Shown piece by piece: positions 1 to 9,222 of a stretch of DNA of 64,000 nucleotides. The stretch comes from an uncultured Gemmatimonadales bacterium. Lineage in GTDB: Bacteria > Gemmatimonadota > Gemmatimonadetes > Gemmatimonadales > GWC2-71-9. Below the pieces are notes generated by a model. That model worked only from the letters and a program-made list of their open reading frames with translations, had not been told where the DNA came from and did not search any database. The DNA lies in assembly GCA_963821525.1 (NCBI GenBank), contig CAWGED010000004.1:128001-192000 (forward strand). Direction: 5' to 3'. Each line of letters begins with the position of its first letter. Position 1 is the first letter of the stretch. The position numbers were made by a program, and so were the translations under genes.

Positions 1-80
1 ATGCCACCGCCGCCACCCCGGTATCGGTGACCTACCTTCCTTGACGCCGTTCGGGATGGCCTTATCCGCTGGAGGTAACC

Positions 81-563
81 GTGGGACCGAAGGTGCTGCA
101 GCTCAACGTCAAGCCAAGAACATCCGGCGAGTACGGCCTGCCCAAGCAGCCGGTTCCCGAGCTACGGATAACGGCGACTGGGGCCGAGGGGGACTACAAT
201 CATTATCGTGCCACCACGCTGAAAGGCGATCCAGATCAGGCTATCCTGCTGGTCACTCAGGAAATCCTGTCTCAGCTTCGGACCGAAGGGTGGCCAGTGG
301 AGCCCGGTCACCTCGGAGAGAACATCACCCTCGACCAGGTACCCGAATCAGAATTGAGACCGGGCACCCGGGTCAGAGTGGAGGAAGTCCTTCTCGAGGT
401 CACCAAGCCCTGCGATCCCTGCACCGAGCTGCATTCCCTGCCCTACGTCGGCGCCCGACGCGGTCCGGAATTCGTGCGGACCCTGGTCAACCGGCGCGGG
501 TGGTATGCCCGGGTCCTCATCCCCGGTGTGGTGAGGGTCGATGCACCGGTTCAGATCCTTTGA
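81..563 (+). CDS. MOSC-domain protein (YiiM-like)
   Basis: GENIT, LRPGTRVRV, EVTKPCDPC and RGWYARVLIPG motifs; GGAGG RBS before GTG. Confidence 0.85.
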   Translation: MGPKVLQLNVKPRTSGEYGLPKQPVPELRITATGAEGDYNHYRATTLKGDPDQAILLVTQEILSQLRTEGWPVEPGHLGENITLDQVPESELRPGTRVRVEEVLLEVTKPCDPCTELHSLPYVGARRGPEFVRTLVNRRGWYARVLIPGVVRVDAPVQIL

Positions 564-677
564 AGCCAGCAGCGCATCCAGGAGTGACCTGAATCCGAGG
601 CTGTGTTTGGCCCATGTAGAGGACGTAGATTGAGGGGACCGCCCGCTCGTCCAGCCCACAAGCTCCCGGAGGACCCA

Positions 678-1109
678 ATGAAAGGGCCCAGCTCTCACCT
701 GCACGTGCTCATCCTGGGACTCGCGCTCGCCGCCTTCGTCTCGTGTAAAGGGGGAGAAAAGGTTGGGCAGACCGACGCCCCGGCATCGAAGCCCGCTCCG
801 GCTCCGACTCCGGCTCCGGCGGCCGCGGCCACCGCAACCACGACCGCTGAGGCGACCACCGCGGAGCCCAAGAACAAGGTCGCACCTGCCGAGGCGGTGG
901 ATGCGACCGTGAGGCCAGCCGTCGACACGGGGCAAAAGGGACCCAGCGGGGAAGCAGCGCTGTTAGGCAAGCCTGCGCCCACAGCAAAGGGTCCAGTCAT
1001 ACCCGTGGGCGCAACAGCCGAATGCAACGACAGCAGCTATTCCATGAGTCACGACAAATCCATGACCTGCAAGGGACATAGCGGGGTCAGGCACTGGCTC
1101 AAGCCGTGA
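678..1109 (+). CDS. Lipoprotein with Ala/Pro linker and C-terminal DUF3761-like domain
   Basis: GGAGG RBS, lipobox FVSC, C-terminal GATAEC.D.SYS...TC.GH.GV.HWL. Confidence 0.7.
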   Translation: MKGPSSHLHVLILGLALAAFVSCKGGEKVGQTDAPASKPAPAPTPAPAAAATATTTAEATTAEPKNKVAPAEAVDATVRPAVDTGQKGPSGEAALLGKPAPTAKGPVIPVGATAECNDSSYSMSHDKSMTCKGHSGVRHWLKP

Positions 1110-1148
1110 GCCGTCTCAAGCAGGAGTGATCCCGGAGAGGCTGACGCG

Positions 1149-2214
1149 ATGAGTCCGCTGTTGATCTCCTGGCTCCTCGCGGCAGCTCCGGTGGTAGTCC
1201 AGGCCGACAGCCTCAAGTTCCCCCTCGGTCTCGCCACAGGCCCCGACCAAGCTCTCTACGTTTCCGAGCGCGATGGCCACCGGGTGGTCCGAATCGATCC
1301 GACCAGCGGCGGTATGCGGGTCGTCGCCGGTACCGGGGTTCCAGGCTTTTCGGGAGACGGGGGTCCCGCCACCAGCGCGCAGCTTCGCTGTCCCGACTCC
1401 ATTGATTTTGACGACGCCGGGAATCTTTACATCGCCGACCGCTGCAACGAGCGGTTGAGGGTAGTCGAAGCGGGCACGGGCATCATCCGCACCGTCGCAG
1501 GAAATGGTGCTCGTGGCCGATCTCCCGATGGTCCGGCCCTATCGCTCTCGCTAATGGGCCCGTTCTTCCTAGAGAGCGCATCCCGCGACACGCTGCTCTT
1601 CACCGACACCGACGCGAACCTGGTACGACAGGTCGATCTCCGCTCCGGTCGGGTTTCCACCTTGGCTGGAACCGGTGAGCGCGGCTTCAGCGGGGACGGC
1701 GGCCCCGCCCTTTCTGCCCGGCTCACTCGCCCGCACATCGCGTTCAGGGCCCGCAACGGCGATCTCATCATCGGAGACAGCTTTAATCAGCGCATTCGCC
1801 GAGTGGACCATACGACCGGCGTAATTCGTACGATAGCCGGCAATGGCACCGAAGGTTTTGTGGCCGATGGAACCCCGGCTCTCGAAGCCCCGTTCAAGTA
1901 TTTCGGCGCGATGATCGAGCTGGAGAACGGAGACCTGGTCTTCGATGAATGGGCCGGACACGTGTTGGCTGCGGCTTGATCAGCGGGAGCAGCGTATTCG
2001 AGTGCTCGCGGGAACCCAGGACAGCACGGCGACAGATGCCGAAGGGTCCGACCCACTCAAGACCAGATTCGGATTACTCGGCGGGATGGTCAGAGATTCG
2101 GTGGGACGCTACTACGTGGTGGAACCCGAGCCCGGCCGGGTCACTCGCATCGATCTGGAGAAACGGCGGGTCGAGACGGTCGTCGGACCGCGTCGGGGAA
2201 CCCTGCCACAATAG
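1149..2214 (+). CDS. Secreted NHL-repeat beta-propeller protein (frameshift near 1960)
   Basis: Repeated VAGTG..GFSGDGGPA, LYIAD and N.RIRRVD motifs; continues in ORF 1945-2214. Confidence 0.8.
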
Positions 2215-2288
2215 GAGGATGCGGCGCGGAGAGTCCGCGGGCTCCCTCGCACCTGACTCCGAAGGAATCCAGCGCACACTTGTCCTTC

Positions 2289-2605
2289 CTACTCGAATCG
2301 CTCTAACACCGCGGCACGGTGGTCTTTTGTGATTCGCACACGGCCGCCCCCACCGGGAACCAGTGGATCGGGAAACAGCGTTATCACAACTCCCGCCGAA
2401 TCTCGGTCGAACGCATGAACAACTAAAGTGTGGCGCTCGCCGGAGGTACGTCCGCTTGGAACGTGGCAACCGCCAAAGTTACTGCCTCTAAGCTGTCTGC
2501 AGGAGCTGGCGCGCTCGTTTGAGTGCGAGGACCTCCGCACGCACATACGCCGATTGGCGAACCTGTGATTACGAGGAGCACGGAAGTCATAGACTTGGCC
2601 ATCAT
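2289..2605 (-). CDS. Small hypothetical lipoprotein (probable frameshift near 2425)
   Basis: AGAGGGG RBS, signal-like N-terminus ending VCACG; second frame continues VVHAFDRDSAGVVITLF. Confidence 0.4.
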
Positions 2606-2695
2606 GTTGGAACCCCTCTGCTGCAGGTTGGATGGCACCTAGCGACATCACGACCGCTGGCGGAGCAGACTAATCATCTCTGCGTTTATCTGCGT

Positions 2696-4009
2696 TCATC
2701 TGCGGCCCGATGGCGGATTCGCGCTTCCTCCGCCAGTCTCCGCAATCACCTCGTCCCCCGCCCTTCGCCCCGACTGCAGCGCACCCTCCATTGTGGCATT
2801 GAGTCCGTCGCCGCAGGTCGCCTCACCGGCGAAGAACAGCGTCTGCTCCACCGGTTCTGCCAGGACACGGTGAGCCTCGACTCCACCTACTGCGACGTAA
2901 GTGTAGGCCCCCAGAGTGAAAGGATCGCGATTCCAGTCGTGGGTCAGACAGGTGACGGCCTTCTTCTCGATCACCTCGCGCGGCATGGCGAGAGCGGCGC
3001 TCAGTGAAGTGAGGGCCAGATCAGCGAGTGCGCCGTCATTCGCGTTGCCGAGTTGAGCCGCTTTGGGTCCTCCAGCCCAACCGATCAGTACCGGAACGTC
3101 TTCTAGAGAGGGCATCCACCAGGTGGGGATAGGCTGATCGGGAGCCTGCACGAACAGCATGCCGCGCAGCGGCTTGATCTCCCGCCAGAATGGTTCACTG
3201 AAACGGAATGCCAGCTTCATCACCGGACCCATCTCGATCTGGCCGAGGGCCTCCCTCTTGTCGAGAATTTCAGGAATGATCCGCAGCCCGGCCGCGGAGT
3301 CCGGCAGCTTCAGGATGGGAAGCGGCACGGTTACGATCACCGATGTCGCTCTCAGGGTGCCGGCGGAAGTGGCAATTTCTACTTCACCGCGTCGCCATCG
3401 CAGCTCGCGCGCCACCGTCTCCAGGCGTATGGGACAGCGCCCCTCGAGCTCTCTTGCGATCGCCTCCACCGATCGATCCAGTCCCTCCGGCACCCGTACA
3501 TCCGACTCCGTCACTTCGTCGTTCGCCTCCGCCTCGAGCAGCCAGCGGATGCTGAGCCGCGCCGGATCGGCGGCGTGAAAGCCCTGCACATAGGAGATCA
3601 ACGAAGCCCGCGCATCAGCCCACGCGGGCTCGCTGCAACACTCGGCGAGTGCCGCAGCCAGGGAACGGTCGGGGGCTTTGAGAGATCGCAGCTGCTGGAA
3701 CAGCCGACCGGCCCCCCGCGAAGGATCGCCGAGGCCCTCCCAGCGCCCGCCGCGACGAATCATGAAGAGGCCTTCGGAGCGCACCGGCTTACTGCCGCTC
3801 CGGAGGACGAGGTCATGCATGGCTCCATGATCCGCCAGCCACTCGGGGCCCAATTCGATCGCGCCGGAAACACCGGAATCTCTCCGGGTCCACACTCGTC
3901 CGCCGATGCGATTCCGCGCCTCGATCACGGTGACCGAACGGCCTGCTTCGACCAGTCGCGCGGCGGCGGCGAGGCCGGCCAGTCCGGCACCAATGACGAC
4001 AGTTTCCAT
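2696..4009 (-). CDS. Flavin-containing amine oxidase family protein
   Basis: VIGAGLAGLAAA, EARNRIGGRV and FFAGEAT...TMEGALQSG motifs. Confidence 0.9.
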   Translation of the reverse strand: METVVIGAGLAGLAAAARLVEAGRSVTVIEARNRIGGRVWTRRDSGVSGAIELGPEWLADHGAMHDLVLRSGSKPVRSEGLFMIRRGGRWEGLGDPSRGAGRLFQQLRSLKAPDRSLAAALAECCSEPAWADARASLISYVQGFHAADPARLSIRWLLEAEANDEVTESDVRVPEGLDRSVEAIARELEGRCPIRLETVARELRWRRGEVEIATSAGTLRATSVIVTVPLPILKLPDSAAGLRIIPEILDKREALGQIEMGPVMKLAFRFSEPFWREIKPLRGMLFVQAPDQPIPTWWMPSLEDVPVLIGWAGGPKAAQLGNANDGALADLALTSLSAALAMPREVIEKKAVTCLTHDWNRDPFTLGAYTYVAVGGVEAHRVLAEPVEQTLFFAGEATCGDGLNATMEGALQSGRRAGDEVIAETGGGSANPPSGRR

Positions 4010-4136
4010 GAAAGGGAGAATAATGTGTATCCTGATGCAGTCCGAACCGGGGCGCGGCAATCTCTGAAACCTCCGCTCCCACTCCTGCCGTCAGCCTTGG
4101 AGACCCGCGACACACCTTAGCCCGGAGACGCTCCTG

Positions 4137-6005
4137 ATGACGGCTGGCTATCCGACCTCTCCTGTTGCTGCGCTCGCCATTGTGGGATTGCTCGCCTGCG
4201 GTGGCTCGTCCATGACCTCGGACGCGGTAATGTTCCGGGAAAATCCCGAGCATACCGGCATTTCAAACGCGAGGTTCTTCGCGGGACAGGGTGGTCTTCG
4301 CTGGCAGGTACAGACCGATGGGGCAGTGCGCTCTTCGCCCGCGGTTTCGGGAGACCGGATCTATGTGGGCAGCGGAGACGGAGGTCTCTACGCGCTTGAT
4401 CGGCAGACCGGAAGACAGCTCTGGCGATTCCAGGCGGGCGGCGCGGTCTACGCCTCGCCGGCGGTGACAGGCGGAGTTGTCGTGTGCGCCAATCTCGAGG
4501 GACGAGTCTTCGCGGTTGAACAATCCTCCGGCAAACTCCGCTGGTCCTTTAACAGCGGCCCTGCACTTCCCTTCAACACGAACCCCGCTGGAGGCTGGGA
4601 CAATCTCGCCTCGTCCCCGGTCGTGGTCGGAACGACCGTGGTTATCGGCACGCCGGACGGCTTGATTCGCGCCGTCGACCTCTCCAGCGGAAAGTCGCTC
4701 TGGCAGGTAAAGACCGGCGGTCGAGTCCGCGCCACTCCGGCCGTGAAAGACGGCCTCGTCGTGGTCGGCTCGTTCGACGGCCGAGTGTACGCCGTGGACC
4801 TGATGACCGGCGCCGAGCGATGGGTACACCGGACCATCGGCGACACGCTGGACTCGTCGAAATTCGGTTACGACCGGAGGGCGGTGCAAAGCTCGGCCGC
4901 GATCGCCGACGGGATGGTACTGGTAGGCTCGCGGGACGGTGGACTCTACGGCCTCGACGCCGCGACCGGCGAGCGACGCTGGCGGGTCACCCACAACGGT
5001 TCCTGGGTCCTCGGATCGCCCGCGGTGCGCGATGGCCGCGTCTACATCGGAAGCTCGGACGGACATTTCTTCCAGGCCGTGGAGCTGACGACAGGCCGTG
5101 AGCTCTGGCGGCTCCAGACCGAAGCCAACGTGCTGTCCTCTCCCCTGCTGGTGGGAGATGCGCTGGTCGTCGGGACCTATCGGACCGATGCTACCTGGGG
5201 CGATCTCATCGCGCTCAATCCGGAGACGGGGACCGTCCGCTGGCGTCTTCGTATGGACGGCACGGTCATGTCGTCGCCCGCAGCGGCCGACGGCGAGTTA
5301 TACGTGGGGACCGACGCCGGGAGCATCGTCGCCGTCAGCGAGGCATCTCCTCTGGTCCCCAGGATGGCGGTGTTCTACGACGCCAGACTCGCGAAGGACG
5401 CCTCGGTACCGGGAGCGGCGCTGACCGTGGCTTACTTCGCCGACCTCGGTTACCAGCCTCTCGACGCCGATTCACTGCCGGCATTCCTCTCGGCCCGCAT
5501 CGCCGACAGCGTTCCCAGCGCGGTCGTATTTGCCCTGGATGTCGTGCCCCACGCGGCCGAACCCATCGCGGCGGACACCGTGCTGATCCGTCGCTACCTC
5601 AATGCCGGTGGCAAGATCGTGTGGCTGGGATCTCCCATGGGGTCGGTATTTCGGGACTCGAGCGGAGCCCTCACCCAGGACGCCTTCCATCGCACCGAGA
5701 AGATCCTGGGCGTTCCCACCAAGTCCGTGGACTACAACGAGTATTCGGCTCAACCAACGGAGACCGGTCGCAGCTGGGGTCTGACTCACTGGTTCCGCGG
5801 AGATTATCCGATCGATACCACCGCCGTCTCCCACGCGCTGGCCGTCGATGAGTCGGGCCAGGCCACGGCCTGGGTCCAGGTCTACCGGCCCGACCGGCCA
5901 GGGTCTGGCTACGTGCAGTTGTGGGGCTTCGGGGCCACGGTCGAGCGGCTTCCCTACATCAGGGCGGTAGCCGAGTACGGCTTGCTCCGGGCCGCTGCTC
6001 CATAG
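4137..6005 (+). CDS. PQQ-like (BamB-type) beta-propeller lipoprotein with extra C-terminal domain
   Basis: Lipobox LLAC; many SSPAV...YVGS.DG.LYALD..TG..LW repeats. Confidence 0.85.
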   Translation: MTAGYPTSPVAALAIVGLLACGGSSMTSDAVMFRENPEHTGISNARFFAGQGGLRWQVQTDGAVRSSPAVSGDRIYVGSGDGGLYALDRQTGRQLWRFQAGGAVYASPAVTGGVVVCANLEGRVFAVEQSSGKLRWSFNSGPALPFNTNPAGGWDNLASSPVVVGTTVVIGTPDGLIRAVDLSSGKSLWQVKTGGRVRATPAVKDGLVVVGSFDGRVYAVDLMTGAERWVHRTIGDTLDSSKFGYDRRAVQSSAAIADGMVLVGSRDGGLYGLDAATGERRWRVTHNGSWVLGSPAVRDGRVYIGSSDGHFFQAVELTTGRELWRLQTEANVLSSPLLVGDALVVGTYRTDATWGDLIALNPETGTVRWRLRMDGTVMSSPAAADGELYVGTDAGSIVAVSEASPLVPRMAVFYDARLAKDASVPGAALTVAYFADLGYQPLDADSLPAFLSARIADSVPSAVVFALDVVPHAAEPIAADTVLIRRYLNAGGKIVWLGSPMGSVFRDSSGALTQDAFHRTEKILGVPTKSVDYNEYSAQPTETGRSWGLTHWFRGDYPIDTTAVSHALAVDESGQATAWVQVYRPDRPGSGYVQLWGFGATVERLPYIRAVAEYGLLRAAAP

Positions 6006-6127
6006 CTCCAGCGCAGCTGCGTCACCACCTTCCTTCGATTTCATCATCGCCCCACGCTTGCGCAGTGCGCCATGCCGGTGCAACGTGGGCGGGCAAGCCT
6101 TACGCACGCTCATTATCAGGAGGTCCA

Positions 6128-6514
6128 ATGTCTCGAGTCACCGGCCTGGGAGGCATTTTTTTCAAGGCGAAGGATCCCGACAGCCTGCGAAACTGGTATA
6201 GCAAGCACCTCGAGCTTCCGATCGAGGATTGGGGAGGCATGAGCTTTCGCTGGCGGGAGACCGACCAGCCGGAGCGGGAGGGGACAACGGTGTGGAGTGT
6301 TTTCCCGGCCAGCTCGAAATACTTCGATCCCAGTGCGTCGCCTTTTATGATCAACTACCGTGTCGCGAACCTTGCCCAGGTACTCGAGCAACTACGGAGC
6401 GAAGGCTGTCAGGTAGACGACAAGATGGACGAGTCCGAGTTCGGCAAATTTGGCTGGGTGATGGATCCCGAGGGAAACCGGATCGAGCTCTGGGAGCCAC
6501 CACCCGGGAAGTAA
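6128..6514 (+). CDS. VOC/glyoxalase family protein
   Basis: RVTGLGGIFFK, MINYRV and DPEGNRIELWEP; AGGAGG RBS. Confidence 0.9.
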   Translation: MSRVTGLGGIFFKAKDPDSLRNWYSKHLELPIEDWGGMSFRWRETDQPEREGTTVWSVFPASSKYFDPSASPFMINYRVANLAQVLEQLRSEGCQVDDKMDESEFGKFGWVMDPEGNRIELWEPPPGK

Positions 6515-6535
6515 GCTGGATAAGGGTGAGGTGCA

Positions 6536-7090
6536 ATGAACGAGCTGCCTGCGTTCCGAACGGCCCGCCTCCAGCTGCGTCCCATGGCCGTCGCCGACGC
6601 GCCGCGGGTTGAAGAGCTGGTGAGCGATCCCGAGGTCGCATTGACGACGGCAACCATCCCGCATCCCTATCCCAAGGGAGCGGCGGTGGATTGGATCGAG
6701 CGGCATAGCAAAGGACCGGATTTTGGAGGCGAAGCCGTCTGGGCCATCGTCCATCCACAGCTCGGCCTGGTCGGTGCCATGGGCTTGCGGGTGGACTCGC
6801 AGCAGTCCCGCGCCGAGATGGGTTATTGGATCGGGAAGCCGTATTGGGGACAGGGATTCGCCACCGAAGCCGGCGCCGCCTTGTTGCGCTACGGCTTCGA
6901 GACTCTGGGCCTGAATCGAATCTTCGCGCACCACATGCGGAGAAATCCGGCTTCCGGGCGGGTCATGCAGAAGCTGCGCATGCGTTACGAAGGCTCGCTC
7001 CGCCAGCATTTCCGACGCAATGATCGCTTTGAGGACCTTGAGTGTTACGGAATTCTTGCAGAGGAGTACTCACCGGAGAAAGTGAAATGA
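6536..7090 (+). CDS. GNAT N-acetyltransferase (RimJ/RimL-like)
   Basis: TARLQLRP, EMGYWIG..YWGQGFATEA, NPASGRVMQKL. Confidence 0.9.
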   Translation: MNELPAFRTARLQLRPMAVADAPRVEELVSDPEVALTTATIPHPYPKGAAVDWIERHSKGPDFGGEAVWAIVHPQLGLVGAMGLRVDSQQSRAEMGYWIGKPYWGQGFATEAGAALLRYGFETLGLNRIFAHHMRRNPASGRVMQKLRMRYEGSLRQHFRRNDRFEDLECYGILAEEYSPEKVK

Positions 7091-7482
7091 ACAGCGTAAC
7101 CGGTATGGTGCGCCGCCTGCTTCGGGCCGAAGGGTTCGCGGTCCTGGTGGCGAGTCTTTTTCTCTACCACCGCCTCGAGGCCAGCTGGCTGCGATTCCTT
7201 CTGCTCTTCCTGGTTCCGGATCTCTCCTTTGCCGGATACCTGCGCGGCACCCGAGTCGGCGCCTATGTCTACGATGCCGCGCACAGCTACGTGTTACCGA
7301 TCGCGCTCGGTTTGATCGGGATCATGCTGGATAGCTCGCGGTTACCCGAGCTCGCGATGATCTGGACCGCGCATATCGGATTCGACCGACTCCTCGGGTA
7401 TGGTCTCAAGTACCCTTCCTCGTTCCGGGAGACCCATCTTGGCCTGATCGGTCGAGAAAGTCCCTCCCCGTCCGTTCCCTGA
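7087..7482 (+). CDS. DUF4260 membrane protein
   Basis: LR.EG, FLVPDLS..GY and AHIGFDRLLGYGLKY...F..THLG. Confidence 0.85.
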   Translation: MNSVTGMVRRLLRAEGFAVLVASLFLYHRLEASWLRFLLLFLVPDLSFAGYLRGTRVGAYVYDAAHSYVLPIALGLIGIMLDSSRLPELAMIWTAHIGFDRLLGYGLKYPSSFRETHLGLIGRESPSPSVP

Positions 7483-7514
7483 CGCGGAAAACTCTGCCGG
7501 ATTAAGATGCCCTG

Positions 7515-7739
7515 ATGCGAAAACTCCTGGGGATTCTGGGTCTGGTGGCGTGCGCGCAGGTGGCGGCTGCCTGCCAGAGCAAGACCACTGCGGGCACTGG
7601 TCGCACCGAGCATGAGCGCGACAGCGTGATCGGGCAGTCCAAGCTGCCCGGCGCTCCTGTGGTGCAGAAGGCCTTGGACGTCGCCGACTCTTCGCGAAAT
7701 CGCGTCGCGCAGGAAGATTCGGCGGCCGCGGCGCCCTGA
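7515..7739 (+). CDS. Small hypothetical lipoprotein
   Basis: Signal peptide with AAAC lipobox; RDSVIGQSKLPGA core. Confidence 0.6.
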   Translation: MRKLLGILGLVACAQVAAACQSKTTAGTGRTEHERDSVIGQSKLPGAPVVQKALDVADSSRNRVAQEDSAAAAP

Positions 7740-7747
7740 ATTCTGAT

Positions 7748-8140
7748 TCAGGTGCCGCCGAGAGCCGTGAGCAGGACCGCCCACGCAGTAACTGCACCTG
7801 TGACCAGACCGATGATCATCCCAGTGCCGAAGTTGTTGTTGCTGTCCGTCGGCTTCAGGCGGAAGGAGTCAATCTCGGCCTGGGCGATCGAGACCCGGCA
7901 ACTGTCACAGATCGGATAGCGGTCGGTCCGCACGCCGGAAACCGAGTCAGCACCGACGACTACGTGGCGCAGCGTGATCGGAGTCGGGCCGGTCCAGACC
8001 TGCACCACCTTCCTGGCGTCGAGCGCTGCCGGAGCGGGGCGCGGAATGAGACTCCACCCGGCGCAACCGGGAACGGATAGGCAGGCCAGAACGAGGACGA
8101 GAAACCAGACACGGGCGTGCGCGGCAGTGACAGTCGGCAT
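7748..8140 (-). CDS. Hypothetical lipoprotein with C-terminal hydrophobic anchor
   Basis: Hydrophobic N-terminus VPGC, internal CDSC, Gly-rich C-terminal TM segment. Confidence 0.5.
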   Translation of the reverse strand: MPTVTAAHARVWFLVLVLACLSVPGCAGWSLIPRPAPAALDARKVVQVWTGPTPITLRHVVVGADSVSGVRTDRYPICDSCRVSIAQAEIDSFRLKPTDSNNNFGTGMIIGLVTGAVTAWAVLLTALGGT

Positions 8141-8284
8141 CGGGCCTCGCAAGGTGATTGCCAACGAAGGCGGAGCGACTCGCTTCTGAGTGTTACCTGA
8201 GTCTGATAAACGACGTTGACCTGGCGGTGAGTCCACACAGGAGGCGGCTACTGCCACCCCACCATCCCTGCCGGAGCGTTTTTT

Positions 8285-8311
8285 CAATCTGCAATCTGCA
8301 ATCTGCAATCT
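8285..8311. repeat. Heptamer tandem repeat (CAATCTG) x ~4
   Basis: Direct reading. Confidence 0.85.
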
Positions 8312-8327
8312 TCAAATCGAGGACCTG

Positions 8328-8507
8328 ATGCCGCTCGAGATGCGGGACCACTGCGAGAAGTGCCAGGCCGCACTGACTCACGAAGACCTGGCCTTCATCT
8401 GCAGCTATGAGTGTACGTTCTGCGCCGGCTGTGCCATCGGCATGGCCCAGCGCTGCCCCAACTGCTCGGGGGAGTTGGTGCGGAGGCCAAGGCGGTCGGG
8501 GGAATGA
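8328..8507 (+). CDS. DUF1272 Cys-rich small protein (59 aa, absent from the ORF track)
   Basis: Manual translation MPLEMRDHCEKC...AFICSYECTFCAGC...CPNCSGELVRRPRR; GAGG RBS. Confidence 0.9.
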   Translation: MPLEMRDHCEKCQAALTHEDLAFICSYECTFCAGCAIGMAQRCPNCSGELVRRPRRSGE

Positions 8508-8515
8508 GAGTGAAA

Positions 8516-8612
8516 GGACTGAGGACTGAGGACTGAGGGCTGAGTAGTTCCGAGTTCCGAGTAGGGAACTTATAGCTTACGGCTTACGGCTTATGGCTTA
8601 GGACTTACGGCT
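8516..8612. repeat. Composite heptamer arrays (GGACTGA)n, (AGTTCCG)n, (CTTAYGG)n between convergent genes
   Basis: Direct reading. Confidence 0.85.
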
Positions 8613-9156
8613 TGCGGCCGCCTACTGATTGCCGGATCCGCTCAATCTGTCTCCGGTGTACCAGGTCGTGAGCCGCGGTCAGCGCGCGAAGTCGGCGGGC
8701 GCTTTCGCGGCCCCGCTCGGTATGAATGCCCACCCGATCCAGTTCTCCCTCACTGAGTTGACGGTAAAGCCTGAGATTTCGCCCGCGGAGCGCCTCGAGT
8801 TCCCGGAGTAGATCCTCGATCTCGGTCTCCCGATAGCGGAGACGCGCGGCCCATCGGTCCTGGTCGTAGCCCTGAATGACCGGCTCGTCTTCCGCGACAA
8901 TGGCCCGCAACCGATAGCTGTTGACCAGCTCCTGGTCTACGAGATGGCTTACCACCTCGAGGATGGACCATTTTCCCGGCGCCTCGGGCTCCAGCAGATC
9001 CTTACCCGACAACCCGCCGACAAGCCGCCGCACCTCGCCAAGTAATTCACCCTGAACGGCGAGCGGGTTCTGATCCCCCAGCAATTGAAGCAGGGCAGCG
9101 ATGTATGCGGCGGCATCGGCACCCGCCGTGCCCACCGGATTGGAAAAGACGGACAT
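8605..9156 (-). CDS. DinB family protein
   Basis: PEAPGKWSILEVVSHL.D.E, YDQDRWA, AHDLVHRRQI; GGAGG RBS. Confidence 0.85.
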   Translation of the reverse strand: MSVFSNPVGTAGADAAAYIAALLQLLGDQNPLAVQGELLGEVRRLVGGLSGKDLLEPEAPGKWSILEVVSHLVDQELVNSYRLRAIVAEDEPVIQGYDQDRWAARLRYRETEIEDLLRELEALRGRNLRLYRQLSEGELDRVGIHTERGRESARRLRALTAAHDLVHRRQIERIRQSVGGRKP

Positions 9157-9190
9157 CTGACCTCCCTCGATACCCCCACACCAACGCCAA

Positions 9191-9222
9191 ACTAGGTACT
9201 CGGTACTAGGTACTCGGCACTC
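9191..9222. repeat. Heptamer repeat (ACTMGGT)n
   Basis: Direct reading; same unit at 25216-25316. Confidence 0.8.

Noticed and set aside
6040..6095. Intergenic hairpin (CCCACG...CGTGGG) as an ncRNA
   Set aside because: A single imperfect stem with no family features; not supportable.
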